DNA of 64,000 bases from Rhizophagus irregularis (Eukaryota), in the NCBI RefSeq assembly GCF_026210795.1, contig NC_089435.1:248001-312000 (forward strand), written 5' to 3'. Positions within the stretch are counted from its first letter, which is position 1, and each line of letters starts with the position of its first letter. The position numbers and the translations under genes were made by a program. The notes under the pieces are model-generated. The model was not told where the DNA came from, made no database searches, and worked only from the letters and a program-made list of their open reading frames with translations. Shown one piece after another: positions 42,390 to 54,590 of this stretch.

Positions 42390-43179
42390 TAGAGCTTTGA
42401 ACTGGATAACCCTAATGCTGTTATGGGGTTATCCGTTTCAAAAAAATTGTATCCGAATACCCTGTGTCAGTTAGTAACGGATAAATCCGAATGAAAATTA
42501 TAAGATATTCGGATTATCCTAAGCTTACAGGCGCAGCAATTATCCACACATATTTATTTATTATAATTAATTCAAATAAATTTATATTTATTACATTTTC
42601 GCTCGATTTAATTTTACTTAATCAATTAAACATCATATCAACCATGTTACAAAGTATTAATGCTTCAAACAAGTCTTCTTTCATTGAAGTTCTTTTAGCT
42701 GTCATTATCAAGCCTGCATCTCTAAATACATGTTCACTTGCGCCTGACGTTGCTTGAATTTGATAAATATTTTCTAGCAATTTGGCTAAAATTGGAAACT
42801 GTCTTTGATTTGCATTCCACCATTTTAGAGAATCTTGGTCCCTAGGAATCTGAGCTATTGCAAGATATTGTTCAACCTCATCATCTCCATTTTCTTTCTC
42901 AGATAGTTCCTCTTCATATTGTATTATTTATATTATTTTGTGCTAGTGTAGTTTCTTTATTATTATCACTAGTAGCCATTTTTAGAAGAGTTAAAAGCTT
43001 AAAAATAACAATTAAGCTATAAACTATTATTAAACCTGGGATATCCGAAAGTATAATCCGGATAATCCTATATAAAAAAAATCAATATTCGGATACTCTA
43101 TAAAAACAATCCGGATATATAGGCTAATAGGATAAATCCTAGAGTATTCTAGTTACATTACCCGTTAAGGAAAGCTCTA
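42390..43179 (-). mobile_element. Internally deleted hAT transposon retaining the C-terminal dimerization domain
   Basis: TIRs tagagcttt and aaagctcta. 42613-42900 reads DEVEQYL..LKWWNANQRQFPILAK..QATSGASEHVFRDAGLIMTAKRTSM. No intact TSD; adjacent host sequence appears deleted. Confidence 0.85.
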
Positions 43180-44289
43180 GCTATATCTCTTACAGTTGTT
43201 AATCAACTTAATAAAATAAAAAAATGTTTACTTACATAAATCGTCATCTGAGGCTGAATTTACTTAATAAAATGACTCAGAGAATAATAAATGTCGTAGA
43301 TTTTTATGATATTAGAAAGTTCTAAACGAACTTAAATCGCTCAGTTACTTTAGTCCTTTAAACTTACTTTATTTGTTGAAGAAAATATATTTTAAACAAT
43401 CAAAAAATTGAGATCCTTTAATTATAAGTTAAAGATTTATTAGATTTATTCTTCTAAAGTTACATGAAGTCGCGGTAACTTGAATTGGGAAATGGAATTT
43501 CAGCTGATTTGGGCGCTTTGTCAGATCTTTTTTCAATTTTCAATTGTTCAGGTGTTAATCTATTGATGATTTTATTTTCTCATGAATTTACGTTAATAAA
43601 TAATTTTTTTTTTCGTTTTTTAAAAAAAAAACTTTTTCAAATAATCATACTCACTTTGAATTCAAGTGATTCAAGATTTTCTTCAGGCCGAGTAACTACT
43701 AGCACCAATTAAAAGAGAAATAATTCCAAGTTTTTGTTAAACCCAATTCCATTAATATTCAGTTGTTGAAAAAATTAAAGATCAGAGTTTTAAAAGGTTG
43801 AATGATATAATAACGTGGCTTCATCTAAGATCCTCCAATTTTTTTTCAACTTTTTTGAATGATTTGCAACTGATTCACCGCGACTTTCCGATTTTGCCGA
43901 TTCTCTTATATTTGGTAAGAAAACTAATATAAAGATAATTAATACAATAATTACAATAATTATCTTTTAATATAAAAACTCTTAATAATTACCTTTCGAT
44001 AATGGACACCACATAAAATAATCCCAATATTAAATAGAGATTTAGTATTCTTATATATTCAAATATAATATAATGTAAATTTAATTATATGATACACACC
44101 TCGATTTCAGCATAAGCAGGTTCATTGTAAGTCAAGTTCTAATGATCAAACAAACTATAACGCGTTTGAAATCCAATGAAAGAACTAAACACGATTGATG
44201 TAATACTGATGAATCTTCGATATCTACAAACTAAAATTATTACTATATTTTCGTATCACAGTAATTCTGCAAATGTTTTAGCATTAGTA

Positions 44290-44568
44290 CACTAGTAAAA
44301 AAATGATTTATCCTACACATATCTTACACATATTGGGTACTCAAAATGTAGAAAATCATACATAAATAATACACATATCATACACATATCGGGTACTAAT
44401 ATATATATCATACATATATCAGGTACCTGATAGGTATACTATATATATAAATACCCGATATGTGTATGATATGTGTATTATTTGTGTATGATTTTCTACA
44501 TTTTGAGTACCTGATATATGTAAGATATGTGTAGGATATGTGTAGGATAGACCATTTTTTTACCAGTG
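44290..44568. mobile_element. CACTA-type MITE (279 bp), copy 2
   Basis: Starts CACTA and ends ccagtg; perfect 3-bp TSD gta. Confidence 0.92.
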
Positions 44569-44896
44569 GTAAATGCCTCAAGATGAAATATTTCTTGCAT
44601 CAAAGTCTTATTTTTTTTAATAATATATAAAAAATTGTTCTAGCAAATACTATGTATAAACATTTTTTACTTCGATATTGATACCCCTTATTACATTCCA
44701 TTTTGTGGGCGTGTTTTTCTCATCATGGGTAACAATAGGCATCAGACCACTCAAAAAACTGAGATAAATATACTCTGCGCGTTATCGATAGTCACGTGCA
44801 AAGTGACAAATAGATGTCACAGTTGTCACACAGATATTGCAAGTCACATGATATTAGTAAACCGAGTAACAAATCAGGAATGTTTCTATACATACA

Positions 44897-45246
44897 GAAT
44901 GGTTCCTATTCCCCTTTGGTTGATCTTGTGCACTTCTAATTTTCTACATTCTGGTGGATGGTCGTCTTATGTTCGACAACCTAGTGTTATAGAGTTAAAG
45001 TTAAATAATTTCATTTGTTTAACAGTTAAAATTTTCTTTTTTTTTAGTTAATTTTTTTTATTTTCTCCTTTTTCCAATAATTCGCTATAGACCGCAGGCT
45101 ATGCCTTGTGTTCTTTTAGAATAGCAGGCAGGGCGACTACACTGGCATCTCCAGTTGTGATTGGGTACATTCTTGTAGTTTATGTTTTTCTCATTAAGTT
45201 GTATGACTCCAGTCGTGTCTAATTTTAAAAATAAAATAAAATAAAA
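44897..45246 (+). mobile_element. 5'-truncated non-LTR retroelement tail (350 bp)
   Basis: Ends in (aaaat)n; 14-bp TSD tttctatacataca at 44883-44896 and 45247-45260. Confidence 0.8.
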
Positions 45247-46203
45247 TTTCTATACATACAAATTGACATCATTCAAAAAAATGTTCAGAGGACAGAAATT
45301 TTTTTGGTAGTTAATATCTTACTTATATATCATCACTATATGGCTATATTCCATATCCTTAGACAATTTGACTTGATGATGAATGTTCATTTACCCTCGT
45401 TAAAATATAATTTATTCTTATAATCAATTTCTTAAATAAAAATAGAGTTAGGACAAATAAATATTTTTATAATAAATAATAATAATAATAATAAAATAAT
45501 GTAAAAATTATAATGTAATCATCCACCCAAATCCATTCTTTAAAAAACTAAAAGGTTTTGGATTGTAAATTAAATCTTTAAATGAAGCATATTGGTGATT
45601 TAAAAATAAAAAATAAAAAAATAAAATATTCAAATTTTTTTTTTAATTTGATTACATTAGCATAAATTAATATATTTATCTTAGCATGTACATTTGTACT
45701 TATACATTAAATAGAATAAAGTTAGAAGACTTTAGTTTATCAAGAAAAAAAATAACTGTTCATTATATTTAAAATAAAAGTCAATAAATATAGATTAAAT
45801 ATAATTAGCTATTAAATAAGTATAAAAAATTTTACATTTTATTATTGAAATATTATTATTTTGATAATTTATATCTCATAATTGGAAAAGTTATAAAAAA
45901 AAGATTTATTTAAATTACAAACTAAGAAACTTGTAAAATATTACTTATTACTACTCTGATCTTAGTGTTTTAAATAATTCTAAGTATAATAAAAAAAAAG
46001 TGAATATAAATATTTAAGCTAAAAAAAAAGAATTATTTAAATTACAAACTAAGATACTTGTAAAATATTTTACTACTCTTGCCTTAGTGTTTAAATAAAT
46101 CTATACAGAATAAAATAAAAAACAATTTCTTTTGAATGCGTAATATCAAATATCACTTAAAAAAAGCTATAAATTTTTTTAAAAATAAACTGACAATGAT
46201 TAG

Positions 46204-49200
46204 TTAATTTTCATCTGTTTCAATAATTATATAAATAAATTAATTTTCATATAAATAATTTGCAAGATTAATTCTTTTATATATCATAGTACATACCTAG
46301 TGACCCTAAATCCTTAATTATATAATCATTCAAATCTTCACTTACTAGCATTTCATTTGTTTTTACACTAGCTCGTGAATCTTCACTTTCAAGAATTTCA
46401 TTCAATTTTTTACTAGTAAAACCAAGTAAGCGACTTTTATAACATGCTTGTGGATGTGATTCGGTAATAAGATTGTTATACTGCCCAATTGGCGCATTTA
46501 TAAATTCCACAATATTGCTTTTTAATTCTTCATTAGTTTGATCATCATCAGGATGGAAAATCCATTTTTCAATAGTTTTTAATACTTCTTTAGAAGATGG
46601 TCTTTTTGATGAATCTTCATTCCAACATTCTTTCATTAAATCTACATAACATTGTGGAGTATTTTCGATAATTTCAGGACGTTCACCTTTACAAATACTG
46701 AAACTAAGTTGAATATCATGTGCTCTATTATTAAATGGTGGTACCCCAGATGTAAGTTCCCACATAATCATAGAAAAACTATATATATCACTAGCTGGAG
46801 TATAAGATTTGCCTCTTAAAACTTCAGGAGCCATAAATGGCACTACACCATAAATATCATACTTTTTCAAAAATGATTTTACAGGTTGACATAATCCTAA
46901 ATCACTAATATAAATTTTATCACTATACACATCATCATTATGATTTAAAATATTACCATCATGAAAATCACAATGAATAAGATTTTTTTCATGTATATCA
47001 CTAAGTCCAGAAATAATTTCGTACAACATATATAATTTTTGATTCCAATTATTTTTGACTATTCTTGTTAAATTTTCTCTTAAATTGCCTTTATTTGCAT
47101 ACTCCATTACTACCATATATTTTGAAGTATTTGGATCTTCTGTGAATCCATAAACATCTATAATATCACTTGAAGCTGAAACACTTGTATGATATTCCCA
47201 CTATAAATAATAATAATAATTTATTAATATAAATAAATTTTAATTTAAATTAAAAATAGAAAATAATATACTATCATACTTCTTTTAAAAATTCATTTAA
47301 ATTTTCATTTAAATTCTTGTGGCATTTAAGAATTACTTGATTCTTTAACCAAGTAGCTTTATATATAGTACCAAATCCTCCTTCATTAAGATATTCAACA
47401 CTTTCAAATTTGTTATAAGGAATCCATCTTAATTCTTTTTCAAGAATAAAATTATCTATAACTGTATTTCCACTTTTCCCAAATCTATAAATTTAAATAA
47501 TTAAAATTATATATAGATATTATAGATTGTATTATAATTTACACAAAATAAATTATTACTTACTCTAAAATTTAAATATGAATTTAATGTAATACAATAT
47601 AAGTCTTAATTTTTGGATAAATATATACAATAACCTATAATTTACAACTTACCAACTAAAGTAACAGATGTTTTTCAAATGGAAGAATTCAGTTAACAAA
47701 TAAATATTATATAAATATATAATGATACATATACTTACAAGCTAGATCATAAATAATTTTTTTTTAATAAAGAAATTAGTTAGTTTAAATTATATGTAAA
47801 TGTTATAACAATAAGTAATAATAGAATTAAATAAATAACTTATAACTTACGATCTATTTAAATAAAGAAATTAGGTAGTTTAAATTATATGTAAATATTA
47901 TAACAATAAGTAATAATAGAATTAAATAAATAACTTACTCCCTATATTATTTAATAATTTTTTAAATAAAGAAATTAGTTAGTTTAAATTATATGTAAAT
48001 ATTATAACAATAAGTAATAATAGAATTAAATAAATAACTTACTCCCTATATTATTTAATAATTTTTTAAATAAAGAAATTAGTTAGTTTAAATTATATGT
48101 AAATGTTATAACAATAAGTAATAATAGAATTAAATAAATAACTTACACCCTATATTATTTAATAATTTTTTAAATAAAGAAATTAGTTAGTTTAAATTAT
48201 ATGTAAATATTATAACAATAAGTAATAATAGAATTAAATAAATAACTTACCATCTATAAAATAATTTTTTAAATAAAGAAATTAGTTAGTTTAAATTATA
48301 TGTAAATATTATAACAATAAGTAATAATAGAATTAAATAAATAACTTACGAGCTATATTATTTAATAATTTTTTAAATAAAGAAATTAGTTAGTTTAAAT
48401 TATATGTAAATATTAAAACAATAAGTAATAATAGAATTAAATAAATAACTTACTCCCTATATTATTTAATAATTTTTTAAATAAAGAAATTAGTTGTTTA
48501 AATTATATGTAAATATTATAACAATAAGTAATAATAGAATTAAATAAATAACTTACTCCCTATATTATTTAATAATTTTTTAAATAAAGAAATTAGTTAG
48601 TTTAAATTATATGTAAATGTTATAACAATAAGTAATAATAGAATTAAATAAATAACTTACGAACTATATTATTTAATAATTTTTTAAATAAAGAAATTAG
48701 TTAGTTTAAATTATATGTAAATATTATAACAATAAGTAATAATAGAATTAAATAAATAACTTACGAACTATATTATTTAATAATTTTTTAAATAAAGAAA
48801 TTAGTTAGTTTAAATTATATGTAAATATTATAACAATAAGTAATAATAGAATTAAATAAATAACTTACGAACTATATTATTTAATAATTTTTTAAATAAA
48901 GAAATTAGTTAGTTTAAATTATATGTAAATATTATAACAATAAGTAATAATAGAATTAAATAAATAACTTACTCCCTATATTATTTAATAATTTTTTAAA
49001 TAAAGAAATTAGTTAGTTTAAATTATATGTAAATGTTATAACAATAAGTAATAATAGAATTAAATAAATAACTTACACCCTATATTATTTAATAATTTTT
49101 TAAATAAAGAAATTAGTTAGTTTAAATTATATGTAAATATTATAACAATAAGTAATAATAGAATTAAATAAATAACTTACCATCTATAAAATAATTTTTT

Positions 49201-50277
49201 AAATAAAGAAATTAGTTAGTTTAAATTATATGTAAATATTATAACAATAAGTAATAATAGAATTAAATAAATAACTTACTCCCTATATTATTTAATAATT
49301 TTTTAAATAAAGAAATTAGTTAGTTTAAATTATATGTAAATGTTATAACAATAAGTAATAATAGAATTAAATAAATAACTTACGAGCTATATTATTTAAT
49401 AATTTTTTAAATAAAGAAATTAGTTAGTTTAAATTATATGTAAATATTATAACAATAAGTAATAATAGAATTAAATAAATAACTTACCATCTATAAAATA
49501 ATTTTTTAAATAAAGAAATTAGTTAGTTTAAATTATATGTAAATATTATAACAATAAGTAATAATAGAATTAAATAAATAACTTACTCCCTATATTATTT
49601 AATAATTTTTTAAACAAAGAAATTAGTTAGTTTAAATTATATGTAAATGTTATAACAATAAGTAATAATAGAATTAAATAAATAACTTACTCCCTATATT
49701 ATTTAATAATTTTTTAAATAAAGAAATTAGTTAGTTTAAATTATATGTAAATATTATAACAATAAGTAATAATAGAATTAAATAAATAACTTACGAGCTA
49801 TATTATTTAATAATTTTTTAAATAAAGAAATTAGTTAGTTTAAATTATATGTAAATATTATAACAAATAAGTAATAATAGAATTAAATAAATAACTTACC
49901 ATCTATAAAATAATTTTTTAAATAAAGAAATTAGTTAGTTTAAATTATATGTAAATATTATAATGATAAGTAATAATATAATTAAATAAATATCTTACCA
50001 TCTATAAAATAAATTTTTAAATAATGAAATTAGTTAAATTATATAAATAATATAAATATAGATATCATATAACTTACACCCTGTAGTATTATTAATTATT
50101 AATTTGTTAGATATAAAGATAATATAAAAGTATTTACTGTAAATTATATATATTACTTACAATCTAGTTATTTAAATTAAGAATATAATTAGTTGAATAA
50201 TGTAAAATATTGAATTGTTTATAAATAAAAACTTAATATTTCAGCTTGTTTGATATACCTTTAATATGTTGGTCCAT
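46204..50277 (-). CDS. TKL-like Ser/Thr(Tyr) kinase with a micro-exon-encoded N-terminus. Predicted 31 exons, ~405 aa: 50277-50259; 26 x 3-nt exons from 50163-50161 down to 47655-47653; 1-nt exon 47564; 47484-47280; 47200-46297; 46214-46204
   Basis: Kinase motifs GGFGTIYKA, VILK, HCDFHDGN, DLG, PFMAPE and DIYSF are intact. All predicted introns are GT..AG and 76-109 nt. The spliced frame is open: MDQHIKDWYDARRNARNGWILLRRTHGWRNPFEFGKSGNTVIDNFI... Kinase identity is certain; micro-exon usage is predicted. Confidence 0.8.
47742..50040 (-). repeat. Tandem array of ~22 near-identical units, mostly 99-105 bp; each unit is one intron plus a variable 3-nt exon
   Basis: Plus-strand unit: acttac[NNN]cta...aaagaaattagttagtttaaattatatgtaaat(a/g)ttataacaataagtaataatagaattaaataaata. 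NNN is tcc, acc, cat, gag, gaa or gat. Confidence 0.95.
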
Positions 50278-53022
50278 TACTATATCAAAATTCTCAAATT
50301 CTCCCCAACTGAAAAAGATAAAGTAAATATCTTTTTTTCTTTTTTTTTATTATTGAGCGCCTTTATCAGTATTAATAAATATGGTAATAATATTTATGCA
50401 AAATACATTATTTGTTATGTGCAAAACGATTGATCACAAGTACAAGCATTGCATCATTGCATGCATACTATATGACAAACAAATTTAGCACAACTGGAAT
50501 GTATATCAATTATTAATTGCAGTAACTGGTTAATCATTTCATCTTAGGTAATTATTAAGTACCAATGAAATGATTATCATTCATTAGCTTGAAGATAAGA
50601 ATGCCAAAAGCCCGTTTAGTTTTAATCATAGCATTATTTTTTAAATAAATTTATTGATCGTACTGACCATGAAATGCAATATATGGTTAATTTGATGCCC
50701 AAATATAGCTTACTTTTCCAGCATTTTTATATTAAGCTTGAAGCTTAAAGCATATACTTAAATGTAGGCTTAAGTATAAGTTTCAAACTTCAAGTTTCAA
50801 GTATTGGATCCACAGTTAGCTTCTCTACAGATGGCAGGTTAATATATATATATATATTTTTTTTAAAAAAAACGTGATTCTTTTTCAAAAAAAAAAAATG
50901 ATAATCGTATACGTAATCATGTACATGTACGTAACAAAATGGTAAAAATGATAAGCATAATTATTTATTTACTATTGTTACCGGTTGTATCAGTAATTAA
51001 GAGTCGTATAACTAGCAGTATTATATCATATAATTACTCGATTACCAACAAGATTCTTACTCAATACTACCTATCCTGGTATTCCGGTATTGTTCGTTAA
51101 GAATTGTCCAGGTGAATAACTACAAAATATGATAAATAATAATACGCAATGGTTATAGAAACAAATGTTAAATGACTGTCAGAAATAACGTGTAAATTTA
51201 ACCAAAGTATAATGATTTTATTAATAGATATAGGACTTCAGGCTTTTACAACAAAGTGATAGAGAAAAGTGATAGGGAATATATTTTAAGACAATTTACT
51301 AGGAGAATATATATATTAAGGTAACTGCTTCTATCAAAGAGTTGGCAGAAGGTATATTTATATATTCATATTAACGATTGTTATTGAATTTATTGAATGA
51401 TATTTTGTAGTATCATATAAAAGTTTATTATTAGAGATTTTTTTGACGATCATTATAATTTATAGTAATCCCTGTTAAAATTCACAAATTCTGTGAGAAC
51501 GCTCCAAATAGTTGTTTTTTTTCATATGATATCTCCCTTTTCAAAAAAAAGTAAACAATTCAAGCCTTTTTAGCTTCTTTAGATACTTCTCAATAAGAAA
51601 AAAAAAATGTTTTTCTTTAGTATTTTCAAAAGAGTGAGGTATTACGTTGTTCTTTGGGTTCTCGTGTATTTGTCTAATCTTTCATTATTGCACAAAGACT
51701 AATAATGCATAGTTTATCGAATTTTTAAAATTTCGGAAATTTTAATGGGTTCTATTTCAAAGTGTGCGCAGATAAATTACTTTCCGAGATATAATTTATT
51801 AATATCAGAAAATAAAGTTAAAAAATCCGAATGAATCTAAAATACCCATATTCAATTCATAACCGGCATAAATTAAGCCATTTCGTATAATCTCTTAATA
51901 TGGTAAATACGTGCATCATTTGGTAAAGGAAATAGAATTCAAATGTATTATTCTGAGGCGCAGAATACAGAATTATCAGTCACTGGCGCAGCGCCAATCA
52001 CTAATTAAAATGTTTGTACTACATAAATTAGCCTATCTTCATTTAGTTGGGACAAAGATTTTAACAAAATATCACTTTTTTTACGATACATTAACCAATT
52101 TTAGTTCTTTCAAAAGTTTTTTACGTGACGAGCCAACCATTAGTATAGTTGTATTGTTGTAAAATTTTGTTGTAAAATTTGGTTGAAAGATTTATATGTA
52201 CGTTGTTGATAAATAGCTGAGAAGGTGAATTCTTTATTATACAGTAAGCGCCAGAACTAAAAAATGTTTAGTTTATAATTACATGTTTCAGAATAATATT
52301 TATTAATCAATAACTTTTTTACATCAGATTTATATGACAGCAACCAACTAAAATAATATTATTTTCGTTTAAAAACAAGATCTTAAATAAAAGTAGTATA
52401 ATTTTGAAGGCTAAATTTGCTTTTATAGCTTGAAAACATTCTATTTATTTGTAAATTTAAAAAAATAGCCAACTACCTGTTATTAATAAAGTTTACATGT
52501 GACGAATAAACCAGAAATTTGAATATTTACTAATAACAAGAAAGTTTCCTAATATTATTTCATTGGATTTATTCGACTCAATTCCTATATATCAGCTTAA
52601 ATTCGTTTGATAGAATATTATGTAAATAATAAAAGTAATACTAAATTATTAGTATTCCTAATATTTATGCATATTATATAATTTAAATTTATTTACTAAT
52701 AGATAAATTGTAAATTATTTATACTGTATATAAAAATTAAGATATAATTGTTGTTTTCAATATTTTTTATAGTCTAATAAAGAAATTCGTGTTAACGAAA
52801 AAAAAACTGTAAAGAGTAATTACTAAATGATTCATTCGTTTATTGTTTACTAATTGGTGAAAAAAAAAAATATTTTTTAGAATTTTATAAATTGGATAAG
52901 AATGGTTTCACAACAAACTTAATTAATAAAGAGTAATCATGGTCATATAAAAATGTATGAAATACATATATTGATAAGAAATAATATATTATATCGAAAA
53001 TAATAAATTTTAAAATATATAA

Positions 53023-54590
53023 TTAAAGGTTATGCTCCATACAAAATTTGATAGCAGTTTCGTCACAATTATAAGCAGCTAATTTCATATAATCCTTAGC
53101 TTTTTCTATATCTTTTACAACCAATACCATTATAATACATCTTTCCAGCGTTATACATTGCCACTCTAAAACCATCTTCGGCAGCTTTTCAAAATATTTA
53201 AGAGCTTCTGAAAAATTTTGATTTTGTATTTTACTCAACACCTTTGCCATGATACAAACAATCTCCATATCTTAATTTCGCTTCAGGGAATTCATTTGCT
53301 TCATCATCAGCAACTTCTTTAGACAATTCAGCAACAATTTTATCTTTATTTGGGGGACTTTCGACAAATCCTTTTGAAATGTAAATTTGCTTTATAATAT
53401 TTTGCTAGGATTTGCCCTATAAAAAATTTTTATCCGAATATTTCCATTATTTCTCCGTGTCTTCCGTAAAAATTCCGTGAAAATGATACATTCACGGATA
53501 TCCGTGATGATTTAAGGCTATAAATTCCATTAAAATGATACATTCACGGAAAAAACATGGAAAGATAAAACACGGATTAGATTTTTTACAGGGTTGATGA
53601 TTACGGGTTATTGTACTCGTCCCGCCAAGGTTTGCATAGGCTTCAAAGCATTTGTATGCAGTTATTATATCTCCAATAAGTTTGTCTTTTCTATCACACA
53701 ATTTATGTTGTTTTGCTGCATCAATGAGTGTCATGTATTTAAACGATTTAAAATCTGGTAAATTACTTGGAAGGGCATGTGCATCTTGATCAATGCTGTA
53801 TGCTCGTTTGGGAGTAGGAATTAACGAGGCACTTGGTCGCTTTGAATAATCTTTGACACAATTCTAAGAACTTCAAATATTTTTGTAATGTCTGGCCTAA
53901 AATATGGATCTTGATGAAAGACTAAAATGTATATAAAAAAAAAAGAAGAAATTTTAAGTCTAACAAATAAAATTATTATTTAAAATATTTTCTTTTACAT
54001 ACCTTCAAATTGTAATTGTTTGAATTCTTCTGGCATTTGACTATTTTCAGAAAATGGTTCTCTATACATTTTATTACATACTTTTTCACAGTATTATTAG
54101 TATCTTTATATGGAATTCTCTCTTTAGCAATTTCCCAAAGTAAGATAAATCTTACATTTATAATCATAATTGAAATTTGGAGCCCTTTCTAACCATTCAG
54201 GTGCACAATAGCGAACTCGTCCTAAATTTTGTACTTGAATTAATGCAAGTGCAGTTAAACGACTTAATTTAAAATTTGCAAGTTTTGCTGTTTCATTGAG
54301 TGTGATTAATATATTAACAACACTAATATCACGATGAACATACCAGACGCCATTTCTTTTAGATACTATAATTATTAAAAGTAATAGCTTATAATTAATT
54401 TAACATTCAAATAAATTTATTGATAGAACTAAATTTTTAATCTTACTTTAGCTAAATCATCTTGATCGGCTTTAATTGTTCAAGTTCATCAGAAATTTTG
54501 ACATCAATAGAAAAAGACAATAAATTAATACAAATATTAAATTCTCCACATAATTCCTTAAAAGTTTTCTCAATACTTTTCGCTTTAATA
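53023..54590 (-). pseudogene. Kinase + Sel1-like-repeat gene, pseudogene, with remnant of an N-terminal helical domain
   Basis: Fragments KSIEKTFKELCGEF..DELEQLK, VHRDISVVNILITLNETAKLANFKLSR, RYCAPEWL, LLWEIAKERIPY, AYKCFEAYA and KDIEKAKDYMKLAAYNCDETAIKFC. Frameshifts, deletions and a MITE insertion. Confidence 0.8.
53415..53593. mobile_element. CCC...GGG MITE with 3-bp TSD
   Basis: ccctataaaaaat ... attttttacaggg; TSD ttg. Confidence 0.85.

Larger units (their letters stand above)
42090..44600 (-). pseudogene. Decayed multi-exon gene of unknown family, copy C
   Basis: Colinear with copies A, B and D; candidate start MQEIFHLEAF at about 44600; interrupted by hAT and CACTA elements. Confidence 0.5.

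Noticed and set aside
47629..47637. Extra candidate 6-nt exon TAG|GTTATT|GTATAT
   Set aside because: The upstream intron from the 47653 exon would be only about 18 nt. It is usable only as an alternative to that exon, so it was left out of the model.
47742..50040. CRISPR-like repeat-spacer array or plain minisatellite
   Set aside because: Units are about 100 bp with only a 3-nt variable site, there are no cas genes, and the context is eukaryotic. Donor, branch point and acceptor signals plus frame closure explain it better.
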